Program-made: the position numbers and the translations under genes
From: an uncultured Streptomycetaceae bacterium
GTDB taxonomy: Bacteria > Pseudomonadota > Gammaproteobacteria > Burkholderiales > SG8-41
DNA length: 48,783 nucleotides
Reading direction: 5' to 3'
NCBI GenBank assembly: GCA_964564295.1
Contig: CAZMBS010000003.1
Coordinates: forward strand, 1-48,783
In this document: positions 33,329-40,394 of the stretch, piece by piece
Position numbering within the stretch: the first letter of the stretch is position 1
How the letters are laid out: every line of letters begins with the position of its first letter
The notes under the pieces: model-generated
Told to the model about the DNA's origin: nothing
Database searches by the model: none
The model's input: the letters and a program-made list of their open reading frames with translations, nothing else

Positions 33329-36178
33329 CTAAGCCGGGTGTTTCGGCGGCAGGGCCGTTTCTTCGCTGAGGTCCGGCTCGCCGCAGAGCCGCAGCATCTC
33401 GGCGCGCGCGCTGTCGCGCAGCCGGATCGCCGCGTCCCAGCCGGTGCCCGCGGGTTCGATCGGCGCACTGAAGGTGATGCTCACGCGGCTGCGGCGAAAG
33501 AGCCAGGTGCCGTCGCGCAGCGCGGAGCGCGTGCCGCGCAGCGTGACCGGCACGACGGGCACGCCGGCCTGTGCGGCGACGACGAACGCGCCCATGCGGA
33601 ACGGCAGCAGTCCCGGCATCCGGCGGAACGTGCCTTCGGGAAACACGATCAGCGATTTGCCGGCGCGCGCGGCTTCGACGAAGCGACCGGTGTCCTCCAC
33701 GCCGCGCTGCGCATCGAGCCGGTCCACGAACACGGCGCCGATGCGCCGCAGGAATATGCGCGGAACCCAGTGGCCCAGCAGTTCGCTTTTCGCGACGAAG
33801 GATTTCGGCTGCGGCAGCGCCGCCGCAAGCAGGATGCCGTCGAGGTAACTCGCGTGGTTCACGACCATGACGCAGGTGCGCGCGTCCGGCACGTTTTCGA
33901 TGCCGCGCACGTCGAGGCGCATCCCGGTCAACGCGGCGAACGCGCGCGCCATGCCGCCGCTCAGCCGCCATGCCCGATCGGTTCGCGCGAGCGGCGCGCA
34001 CGCGAGCCACACGAGCGTGCCCATCGTGCCGAGCAGCAACAGCGCGTACGCGCCGTACAGCCGGTCGCCGATCGCGCGCAGCACGCGCCGCAACTGCGGC
34101 AGCATCGCCGCGAACGTGAGCCGCGCGACCTGCAGCCACACGGCGCGCCGCGCGGTCGTGCCGCCGCGCTCGTACACCTCGCGGCTCGCGGAGCGCCGAA
34201 TCTTGCCGCTCGAAGTCTTGAGTACCGTGCCGGGCGGCGCGAGCATCACGTCGTCGGCGGCGATCCCGAGCAGGGAAACAGACAACTCGTTGATTTTATT
34301 TATTATTTCCTCTCGGCGTTGCGGATCTGCTTCGCGCGTTTCCGCGAGCACGATAATTTTCTCGGTGCCGGCACGCGCGTCGCTGCTGCCGAATACGGCG
34401 ACGCACCCCTTGCGTACGCCGTCCACGCTGCCGACGGCTTCCTCGAGATCGTACGGGTGTATGTTGCGTCCCGCGCGGATGATGGTGTCCTTGATGCGGC
34501 CGGTGATGTAGACGTCACCCGCGGCGATGTAACCGTAGTCGTCGGTGTCCATCCATTCGCCGTGCAGCAGCTTGCGTGTCGCCTCGGGGTTGCGGTAGTA
34601 ACCGCTCGTCACCGACGGCCCGCTGAACTGGATGTGACCCTCGCGCCGCTCGGGAAGCTCCTGTCCGGCATCGTCGACGACGCGCACCTGGTGCCCCGGT
34701 ATCGGATGGCCGCACGCGACGTGGGTGAGCGCATCGGCGTGCTCCGGCGGCACGGGGTCGGCGCGCCCGCCGCGCATGAACGCATTCTTGTCCACGCGGT
34801 CGAGCACCGGGCCGCGCAGCGGCGGCGGAAACGCGACACCCAGCGTCGCTTCCGCGAGCCCGTATACCGGTGCCATCGCGCCGGGCCGGAAACCCCAGCG
34901 CGCGAAGCGTTTTGTGAACGCATCCATCGTGTCCGGCGACACCGGCTCTGCGCCGTTGAACGCGAAGCGCCATGAGGAAAGATCGATGCCCGCCATGTCC
35001 GCGTCCTGTATCCGGCGCACGCAAAGCTCGTAGCAGAAGTTGGGGCCGCCGGTGAGCGTGCCGCCGTGCCGGTGGATCGTGCGCAGCCACCGCTCCGGCC
35101 GGGACAGAAACGTGAGCGGCGACATGACCGGGTACTTGAAGCCGTACAGCAGGCTGCCCATCCACGCGCCGATGAGCCCCATGTCGTGATAAAGCGGCAG
35201 CCAGCTCACGAACACGTCGGCCGGCGTGACCTGGAGCGCGCGGCCCATCGCGCGGATGTTCGTCAGCAGATTCGCATGCGTGAGCACGACGCCTTTCGGA
35301 TTGCCGGTGCTGCCCGAGGTGTACTGCAGCATGGCGATGTCCTGCGGCTTGCCGCGATGGATCGACGCCACGCCGCCCGGACGCAGCAATTCATCCGGCG
35401 TCATCACGTGCTGCAGCGTTTCCACGCGCGGCTTCAGCAGCACCGCCAGCGGTTTCGCCTGCGGCACCGTGATGAGCATTCCCGCCAGCGCATTGGACAG
35501 TATCGTCGCGTGGCGCCGCAGGTGATCCTCGATCTGCGACGGGCGCGCCGGCGGGTAGATCGGCACCGGTATGCCGCCCGCGAGCAGTATTCCGAAGAAG
35601 CTGAAGAAATACTCGACGCTCGTCGGCAGCATGATCGCCACCGCGCGTCCCGGCTCGAGCCCGCGTTCGATCAGTCCCGCGGCGATCGCGCGCGCGGCGG
35701 CATCGAGTTCGCCGTAGGTCACGGTGCGCTCGGCGCCTGCCTCGTCCTGCAGCACGATATGCGGGCGCTGCGGGTGTTTCGCCACGTGCCACGCGAGCAC
35801 TTCCGGCAGCGTCGTCGCGTCCTCGGGTGTCTGCGCTTCGGTGGCGAGCGCCGAGACGCGCTCGATCGTCGCGACGTGACCGGCGCGCGCGGGGCCGGCC
35901 GCGAGTATCGCGCGCAACAGATCGCGCGGGGTTTCGGCGCTCGACATCACGGATTCCGGCAGGCCGGCGCCGAAGCGTTTCTCGATACGCACGAAGAGTT
36001 CGACGCGCCCGAGGCTGTCGAAACCGTAGTCCTGCTCGAGCCGGCTGTCGAGCGACGCGGGCAGTCCGGCGCGGTTGGGATGCAGTTCGAGCGCGAGCCC
36101 GCGGACAAGTGCGATCAGCGCATCGGCGCTGACTTCGAAGGTACCGTTGTGCTGCGGCGTCGCGGCGGCGGTTTCCAC
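33329..36178 (-). CDS. tri-domain fusion: acyl carrier protein - fatty acyl-AMP ligase (FAAL-type AMP-binding) - membrane segment - lysophospholipid/glycerolipid acyltransferase (PlsC/LPLAT)
   Basis: ACP phosphopantetheine site: LEQDYGFDSLGRVELF. AMP-binding cores: LQYTSGSTGNPKGV, YGLAEAT, GRIKDTIIRAGRNIHPYDLE and KTSSGKIRR, with the FAAL-like IPVPIYPPARP. Hydrophobic stretch: LYGAYALLLLGTMGTLVWLACAPLA. LPLAT blocks: VVNHASYLDG (HX4D), FVAKSEL, VFPEGTF and VPVVPV. The start is uncertain. I use GTG 36178 because the track ATG at 36331 lies inside the upstream lipoprotein gene. Confidence 0.85.
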   Translation of the reverse strand: METAAATPQHNGTFEVSADALIALVRGLALELHPNRAGLPASLDSRLEQDYGFDSLGRVELFVRIEKRFGAGLPESVMSSAETPRDLLRAILAAGPARAGHVATIERVSALATEAQTPEDATTLPEVLAWHVAKHPQRPHIVLQDEAGAERTVTYGELDAAARAIAAGLIERGLEPGRAVAIMLPTSVEYFFSFFGILLAGGIPVPIYPPARPSQIEDHLRRHATILSNALAGMLITVPQAKPLAVLLKPRVETLQHVMTPDELLRPGGVASIHRGKPQDIAMLQYTSGSTGNPKGVVLTHANLLTNIRAMGRALQVTPADVFVSWLPLYHDMGLIGAWMGSLLYGFKYPVMSPLTFLSRPERWLRTIHRHGGTLTGGPNFCYELCVRRIQDADMAGIDLSSWRFAFNGAEPVSPDTMDAFTKRFARWGFRPGAMAPVYGLAEATLGVAFPPPLRGPVLDRVDKNAFMRGGRADPVPPEHADALTHVACGHPIPGHQVRVVDDAGQELPERREGHIQFSGPSVTSGYYRNPEATRKLLHGEWMDTDDYGYIAAGDVYITGRIKDTIIRAGRNIHPYDLEEAVGSVDGVRKGCVAVFGSSDARAGTEKIIVLAETREADPQRREEIINKINELSVSLLGIAADDVMLAPPGTVLKTSSGKIRRSASREVYERGGTTARRAVWLQVARLTFAAMLPQLRRVLRAIGDRLYGAYALLLLGTMGTLVWLACAPLARTDRAWRLSGGMARAFAALTGMRLDVRGIENVPDARTCVMVVNHASYLDGILLAAALPQPKSFVAKSELLGHWVPRIFLRRIGAVFVDRLDAQRGVEDTGRFVEAARAGKSLIVFPEGTFRRMPGLLPFRMGAFVVAAQAGVPVVPVTLRGTRSALRDGTWLFRRSRVSITFSAPIEPAGTGWDAAIRLRDSARAEMLRLCGEPDLSEETALPPKHPA
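34283..34310 (-). repeat. AT-rich element C (A/T tract + perfect IHF-type core AATCAACGAGTTG) embedded in coding sequence
   Basis: The minus strand reads GGAAATAATAAATAAAATCAACGAGTTG and encodes EEIINKINEL of the FAAL domain. It shares an exact 15-mer with element A and matches element E at 22/30 positions. Confidence 0.6.
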
Positions 36179-36221
36179 GGAGGGTCCCGTGCCTGGGATA
36201 GTGCGGAGATGGTAGCACAGC

Positions 36222-36263
36222 GCATCGCGTATTCCGGTCGACGGCAACCGGAACGCGCGATGC
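36222..36263. repeat. strong interrupted hairpin in the lipoprotein / FAAL-fusion intercistronic gap
   Basis: GCATCGCG pairs with CGCGATGC (8 bp) and TTCCGGT pairs with ACCGGAA (7 bp). They are separated by a 2x2 internal loop and enclose an 8-nt apical loop. No U-tract follows on either strand. Confidence 0.6.
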
Positions 36264-36282
36264 GTGCCGTGCGCGGGGCCGG

Positions 36283-36828
36283 TCAGCTGCCGATGTGCAC
36301 CTGATACTGCGCGCCGTTTGAAAACGCGCACGTGCCGGCACCCATGTTCGGCGCGTTCATCTGATACTCGCAGCGCGCGAACGTGCCGCGCGGGCCGTGG
36401 GCGCTCGCGAGGCCGCGCCGCTCGTCGTTGGCGACGCGCGTTGCTTCACCTACCAGCGTTTCGCCCTGGTAGATGAACGAGAAGCGTCCCTTGCCATTCA
36501 TGTAGTTCGTGACCGATCCGGTGAGCACGCCGGTCTGGTTGGCGAGATCGTTCGCCGGATAGAGCCGCACCGGCAACGTGGCCGGGAATGCCGGGCGCGT
36601 TGCGGCCGTCTCGCCCGGTGCCGGGTGCGGCGGCAGCGTGACGATTGCGCCGGCGACCGGATACGTGGCGATCGAGCCGTCGGGATTGACCGGTACGACG
36701 TAACAACCCGTAAGCAGTCCGGCGGCAAGACCCATGGCGGCGATGATTCGCGGCGATCCCTGTGCGCGTTGGAAGGGTGTTCTTTCCGGCGAAGTGCGTA
36801 CGCAATCTGGTGTTCGGGCAGCAGTCAT
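36283..36828 (-). CDS. hypothetical lipoprotein
   Basis: GGAGGA Shine-Dalgarno 6 nt before ATG 36828. Lipobox LLTGC follows the hydrophobic stretch RIIAAMGLAAG. The mature part of about 140 aa is Gly/Thr/Asn-rich (VTNYMNGKGRFSFIYQGETLVGEATRV...CEYQMNAPNMGAGTCAFSNGAQYQVHIGS). I do not recognise a family. Confidence 0.65.
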   Translation of the reverse strand: MTAARTPDCVRTSPERTPFQRAQGSPRIIAAMGLAAGLLTGCYVVPVNPDGSIATYPVAGAIVTLPPHPAPGETAATRPAFPATLPVRLYPANDLANQTGVLTGSVTNYMNGKGRFSFIYQGETLVGEATRVANDERRGLASAHGPRGTFARCEYQMNAPNMGAGTCAFSNGAQYQVHIGS

Positions 36829-36922
36829 GAAAGATCCTCCAAGTTGATCGCGGAAGCGCCGTATCGTCCGACTGGACCTCGGCACCGCGACGGGTCGGAT
36901 GATCGGGGGTCCGGAGTTGCGA

Positions 36923-36955
36923 ATGGATTACCGATGGGTCACGGATGGGTCACCG
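36923..36955 (-). promoter_or_regulatory. three direct repeats phased at exactly 11 bp; candidate winged-helix/SARP operator upstream of the lipoprotein operon
   Basis: The plus strand reads ATGGATTACCG | ATGGGTCACGG | ATGGGTCACCG (36923, 36934, 36945). An inverted copy, GGATGGGATG, lies on the other strand at 36959-36968. The repeats sit 95-125 bp upstream of ATG 36828. Confidence 0.5.
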
Positions 36956-36968
36956 CAGCATCCCATCC

Positions 36969-36998
36969 GGAAAAAGAAAGCAAAATCAATGAGTTGGG
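36969..36998 (+). repeat. AT-rich element E (A-tract + perfect IHF-type core AATCAATGAGTTG)
   Basis: The sequence is GGAAAAAGAAAGCAAAATCAATGAGTTGGG, a 22/30 match to element C. The core at 36984-36996 fits WATCAANNNNTTR exactly. It lies between the 11-bp repeats and the palindrome TTTCCGGAAA (37003-37012). Confidence 0.55.
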
Positions 36999-37013
36999 AT
37001 CGTTTCCGGAAAA

Positions 37014-40000
37014 TCAGCCCGGCTTCACAACCTGATCGTACAGCGCGCGGGTCTGCGGTCCCGGCTCGACGGAGAGGTATGCGGCAAGCGCGCGCCGGCA
37101 CCGGTCGAACGTTTCGGCGGCGTCGGCGCGCCGGCCCGCACGGTCGTATGCCGTCATCAGATGCCGGTACAGCGACTCAATCGTGGGATCCGATTCCAGC
37201 GCGCGCTCGAGGTAGTCGATCGCCTGCCCTGCGTCGCCGCATGCCAGGCAGCGCTGCGCGAGGTCTCCAGCGGTTCTCGCGAATCGATGGCGTTCGCGGT
37301 CCCGCAGCGGGAGCGTCCATGCTGCGTCGGAATCATTGGCGAGGAACGCACCGGTGTAAATGGCAAGCAGTCGCTCCCCGAGTTCTCGAAGCTGTGCGAG
37401 GTCGGGTTCCTCGGCGGCCGGTCGCATCAGGGGGCCGAGCCGGCCGACGATCTGTCCGAAAGCCCAGGTGTCCACCCAGACGTAACGTCCGTCGAGCGAG
37501 AGTTTTCCCTCCGACAGTTGCAGAACGCGGTCCTCGCCGAACAACCGGCGCAGCCGGTGCAGCGTCGTCGTGAATGAACGGTGCGCGGAGTCTCCGTCAA
37601 TGCGGGGCCACAGCGCTTCGGTGATGCGATCCTCGGGAACCTCGCGCCCGCCGTGGGCAACCAGAACCTTCAGCAGATCCAGCGGTCGCCGTTGCGCCTT
37701 GCCGGTGAACGACACTGCCGTTCCGTGCCGCAGCAGCCGGAACGAGCCGAAAGTCTGCACGCGGAATGGCCACGGCCATTCGACCAGGGCTGCGGTTGCG
37801 GCGTCCAGCGCGAGCCGTCGTTCCTGTACGATGCGGGACGCGAATTCACGCGCCACGTCGTGCTCCAGCGCGATGCTGCAGAGCCGCGCAAGCGGGCCGG
37901 GTTGCCACAGCAGGCAACTCGTGAAATGCCGCGGCTTCGCGATGTCGAGCGCGTATCGCAGCGCGCGCAATCCGGAACGCGGACGGCGTGCCCGATCGAG
38001 GCTCACGTAGGCGTAGTTCAGGAGTCCGATGAACTGGATCAGCGGGCTGTGGATGGGGCGTGCGAGGTCGTAGACCCGCTGAAAATGCGCGAAAGCCCGG
38101 CGCTCCTCGCCGCTTTCGTAGAGCACCAGCGCGGATGCCACGTGGCACAGCACTTCGTAGGTCGGACAGCCGACCTCGATCGCCATCGTGAGCGCGAGTT
38201 TCTGCTGTTGAAACGCGCGCGCGCTGTCGCGTCGCAACAGGGCTGCCCACGCCGAAAACAGATGGAAGAGGCAGAGGTCGAAACGCGCCGGGCTGCCCTG
38301 CAGCGCGGTGAACTGTTGCAGCAGCGACTCTGCGGTGTCCGGATCCCCGGACATGAGCGCGCCCCCGGCTCCATTGGCGAGCAATTGGTAGGACAGCACC
38401 TGAACGCCCTCACCGCGCTCGATGTCGAGGCCGGCCCGCACTGCCGCGAGACAGGAGTCGCGGTCATTGGTCAGCATGAAATAGCTTGCTTCGGCGAGAT
38501 AGAGCGTCGTTCGCGCGAAAGGCGTTACGTCATGTTCCGCGGCCACCCGTCGCATGCCTTCGATCACGGCCCAGGTTTTCGGGAAATGACCTTCCCACAT
38601 CATGCTCAGGGCGACGCGCCAGTCCACGAGCATGCGCAGGTTGGGGTCGTCCTGCGCGCGAGAGGCGCGGTAACCGCGTTCGACCCATCGTGCAAGGTCC
38701 GGATGGTGGGGCTGACGCACGCTCATCGACGTCAGCAGGCTGCACGAGAGCCGCGCGTCGAGTTGCGCCGACAGCAGATCCGGATACCGCGACAGCAGAT
38801 CCTCCATGACCGCGATCCACTGGTCGAGCAGCGAAAAATCGTCGACTTCATACAGGATCGCGTCCATGGCGCCCGAACAGGAAAACAGCAATCCCAGCGG
38901 ATCGGGCGTGCCCTGCTCGCGGAACAAACGATGGGCCCGTTCCTGCAGGGCGCGGCTTGCGCGGGGAGACGCCTGCATGCGGGCGACAGCGAGCCAGTAG
39001 AGCGTCCACGGGTCGCGCTCCTGGATTTCACGCGGCAGTGCCTCCACCCACTGCGCGAGCGTTTCGCCGCGCCCGGAATCCAGCATCGCGCGCGCCTGTC
39101 CGTTGATGAGGTTTTGCAGCCTTGGCCAGTCCCCCGCCGCGCGGGCGAGCAGGGCCGCCTCGGTGACCCATCCCTCGTTCGCCATCAGTTCCGCGGACTG
39201 TCGCTGCAGGGCGCTGCGCCGCTCGCGTGGCAGTGATGCGACCCGCGACACCAGGAAGTCGCGGAACAGCGGGTGGTATTCGTATACCGGTTGTGGCGTC
39301 GCGCGTTTGAGCGACACGAAGTAGTTGCTGCGATGCAGCCGCGCGAGGCGTTCGCCCGCGTTGGCGTGCCCGGACACCGCGCAGGCCATGTCCGCCGTCA
39401 TCTGTGGCAGGTACGCGGTGGACAACAGGATGTCGCGGTCTTCCGCGTCGGTTTTCTCGAGAATTTCGCCTGCGAGGTAGTCGAAGACGAGTTGTGGCGT
39501 CGTCAGATCCGGCGGCGCGCCGGGCGCGTGGCCCTCGGGCGTGTGTTCGAGCATGAGTACGAGTCCCGCCGCCCAGCCCTGAGTCCTGTCGTACAGCGCG
39601 GCAAGCGCCTTCGGCGCGAGCCGGCGGCTGCGCCGCGCGGCAATCGCGTCAGACTCGTCGCGCGAGAGCCTCAGTTCACTCCAGCCGATCGACACGAGTT
39701 GCCGGTTCGCCCGCAAGCGTGCCATCGAGACCGGCGGGTCGCCGCGGCTGATCAGGATAACGCAGCCGCCGGACGGAACCTCGGTCAGCGCGCACATCAT
39801 GACTTCATGCAGTCGCGATTGCGGCGGCAAATCGTGGTAACCATCAAACACGATCGCGAATGACGCGCCGAGATGCTTGTACATCGCCTGAAAATATCGC
39901 CGCGCGAATGCCGGAAGCGTTGCGTGCTGTTGGGGCGTCAACTGCGGCAGCCGCGCCGCGGTTCGACGGCCTGCGGCGTTCGCAGCGAGTCCGAGGTGGT

Positions 40001-40241
40001 AGAAAAATGACGCCGGATCGGCGTCGCCTTCGTCGATCTGGTACCAGAGGGAACGCGCTTTGCACTGCTCCAGGAAACTGGCCGCCAGCGTGGTTTTTCC
40101 CGAGCCCGGCGGCCCCGTGATCCATACGGCGGGACTTTTTCTGGCCTGGTCAAGCAACGCGAACAAGCGTGCGCGCGGCAGCACGCCGGCAAAGCTCGGC
40201 CGCGTAGTCTTGGCGATCGTCGGGCGGGATTTGGCCATCAC
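37014..40241 (-). CDS. large transcriptional regulator: MalT-type STAND P-loop NTPase + helical repeat (TPR-like) region + C-terminal OmpR/SARP-type winged helix + BTAD
   Basis: 1075-aa ORF. The N-terminus is MalT-like: RARLFALLDQARKSPAVWITGPPGSGKTT (Walker A), FAIVFDGYHDL (Walker B-like) and TQGWAAGLVL. The C-terminus has a winged helix (VQTFGSFRLLRHGTAVSFTGKAQRRPLDLLKVLVAHGGREVPEDRITEALWP) and a BTAD (LLAIYTGAFLANDSDAAW...LERALESDPTIESLYRHLMTAYDRAGRRADAAETFDRCRRALAAYLSVEPGPQTRALYDQV). Confidence 0.85.
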   Translation of the reverse strand: MMAKSRPTIAKTTRPSFAGVLPRARLFALLDQARKSPAVWITGPPGSGKTTLAASFLEQCKARSLWYQIDEGDADPASFFYHLGLAANAAGRRTAARLPQLTPQQHATLPAFARRYFQAMYKHLGASFAIVFDGYHDLPPQSRLHEVMMCALTEVPSGGCVILISRGDPPVSMARLRANRQLVSIGWSELRLSRDESDAIAARRSRRLAPKALAALYDRTQGWAAGLVLMLEHTPEGHAPGAPPDLTTPQLVFDYLAGEILEKTDAEDRDILLSTAYLPQMTADMACAVSGHANAGERLARLHRSNYFVSLKRATPQPVYEYHPLFRDFLVSRVASLPRERRSALQRQSAELMANEGWVTEAALLARAAGDWPRLQNLINGQARAMLDSGRGETLAQWVEALPREIQERDPWTLYWLAVARMQASPRASRALQERAHRLFREQGTPDPLGLLFSCSGAMDAILYEVDDFSLLDQWIAVMEDLLSRYPDLLSAQLDARLSCSLLTSMSVRQPHHPDLARWVERGYRASRAQDDPNLRMLVDWRVALSMMWEGHFPKTWAVIEGMRRVAAEHDVTPFARTTLYLAEASYFMLTNDRDSCLAAVRAGLDIERGEGVQVLSYQLLANGAGGALMSGDPDTAESLLQQFTALQGSPARFDLCLFHLFSAWAALLRRDSARAFQQQKLALTMAIEVGCPTYEVLCHVASALVLYESGEERRAFAHFQRVYDLARPIHSPLIQFIGLLNYAYVSLDRARRPRSGLRALRYALDIAKPRHFTSCLLWQPGPLARLCSIALEHDVAREFASRIVQERRLALDAATAALVEWPWPFRVQTFGSFRLLRHGTAVSFTGKAQRRPLDLLKVLVAHGGREVPEDRITEALWPRIDGDSAHRSFTTTLHRLRRLFGEDRVLQLSEGKLSLDGRYVWVDTWAFGQIVGRLGPLMRPAAEEPDLAQLRELGERLLAIYTGAFLANDSDAAWTLPLRDRERHRFARTAGDLAQRCLACGDAGQAIDYLERALESDPTIESLYRHLMTAYDRAGRRADAAETFDRCRRALAAYLSVEPGPQTRALYDQVVKPG

Positions 40242-40283
40242 TCGCGATTATGCGTGATTCCGTGCGATGTCGCAGCCGGCGCA

Positions 40284-40314
40284 ACGTATTAAAAATAATA
40301 AAAACAATACGTTA
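40284..40314. promoter_or_regulatory. palindrome ACGTATT-N15-AATACGT enclosing AT-rich element B (AACAA-TACG-TTA core)
   Basis: Perfect 7-bp arms at 40284-40290 and 40306-40312 flank the spacer AAAAATAATAAAAAC. The element shares AAATAATAAA and AAACAAT with element A. It lies in the 199-bp divergent region between the regulator and fadE. Confidence 0.5.
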
Positions 40315-40394
40315 CAGATATTTTCCGGTTTTCCGGTCGCGTGCTGCGCCGCCGGCGTCGGACGGCCGGCCCGACACAAGGCTCTTTTCCCGCC

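Noticed and set aside
36853-36871. Possible -24/-12 (GG-N10-GC) element on the minus strand upstream of the lipoprotein gene
   Set aside because: Only the invariant GG and GC dinucleotides match; the surrounding consensus (TGGCAC, TTGC) does not. Such matches are expected by chance in GC-rich DNA.
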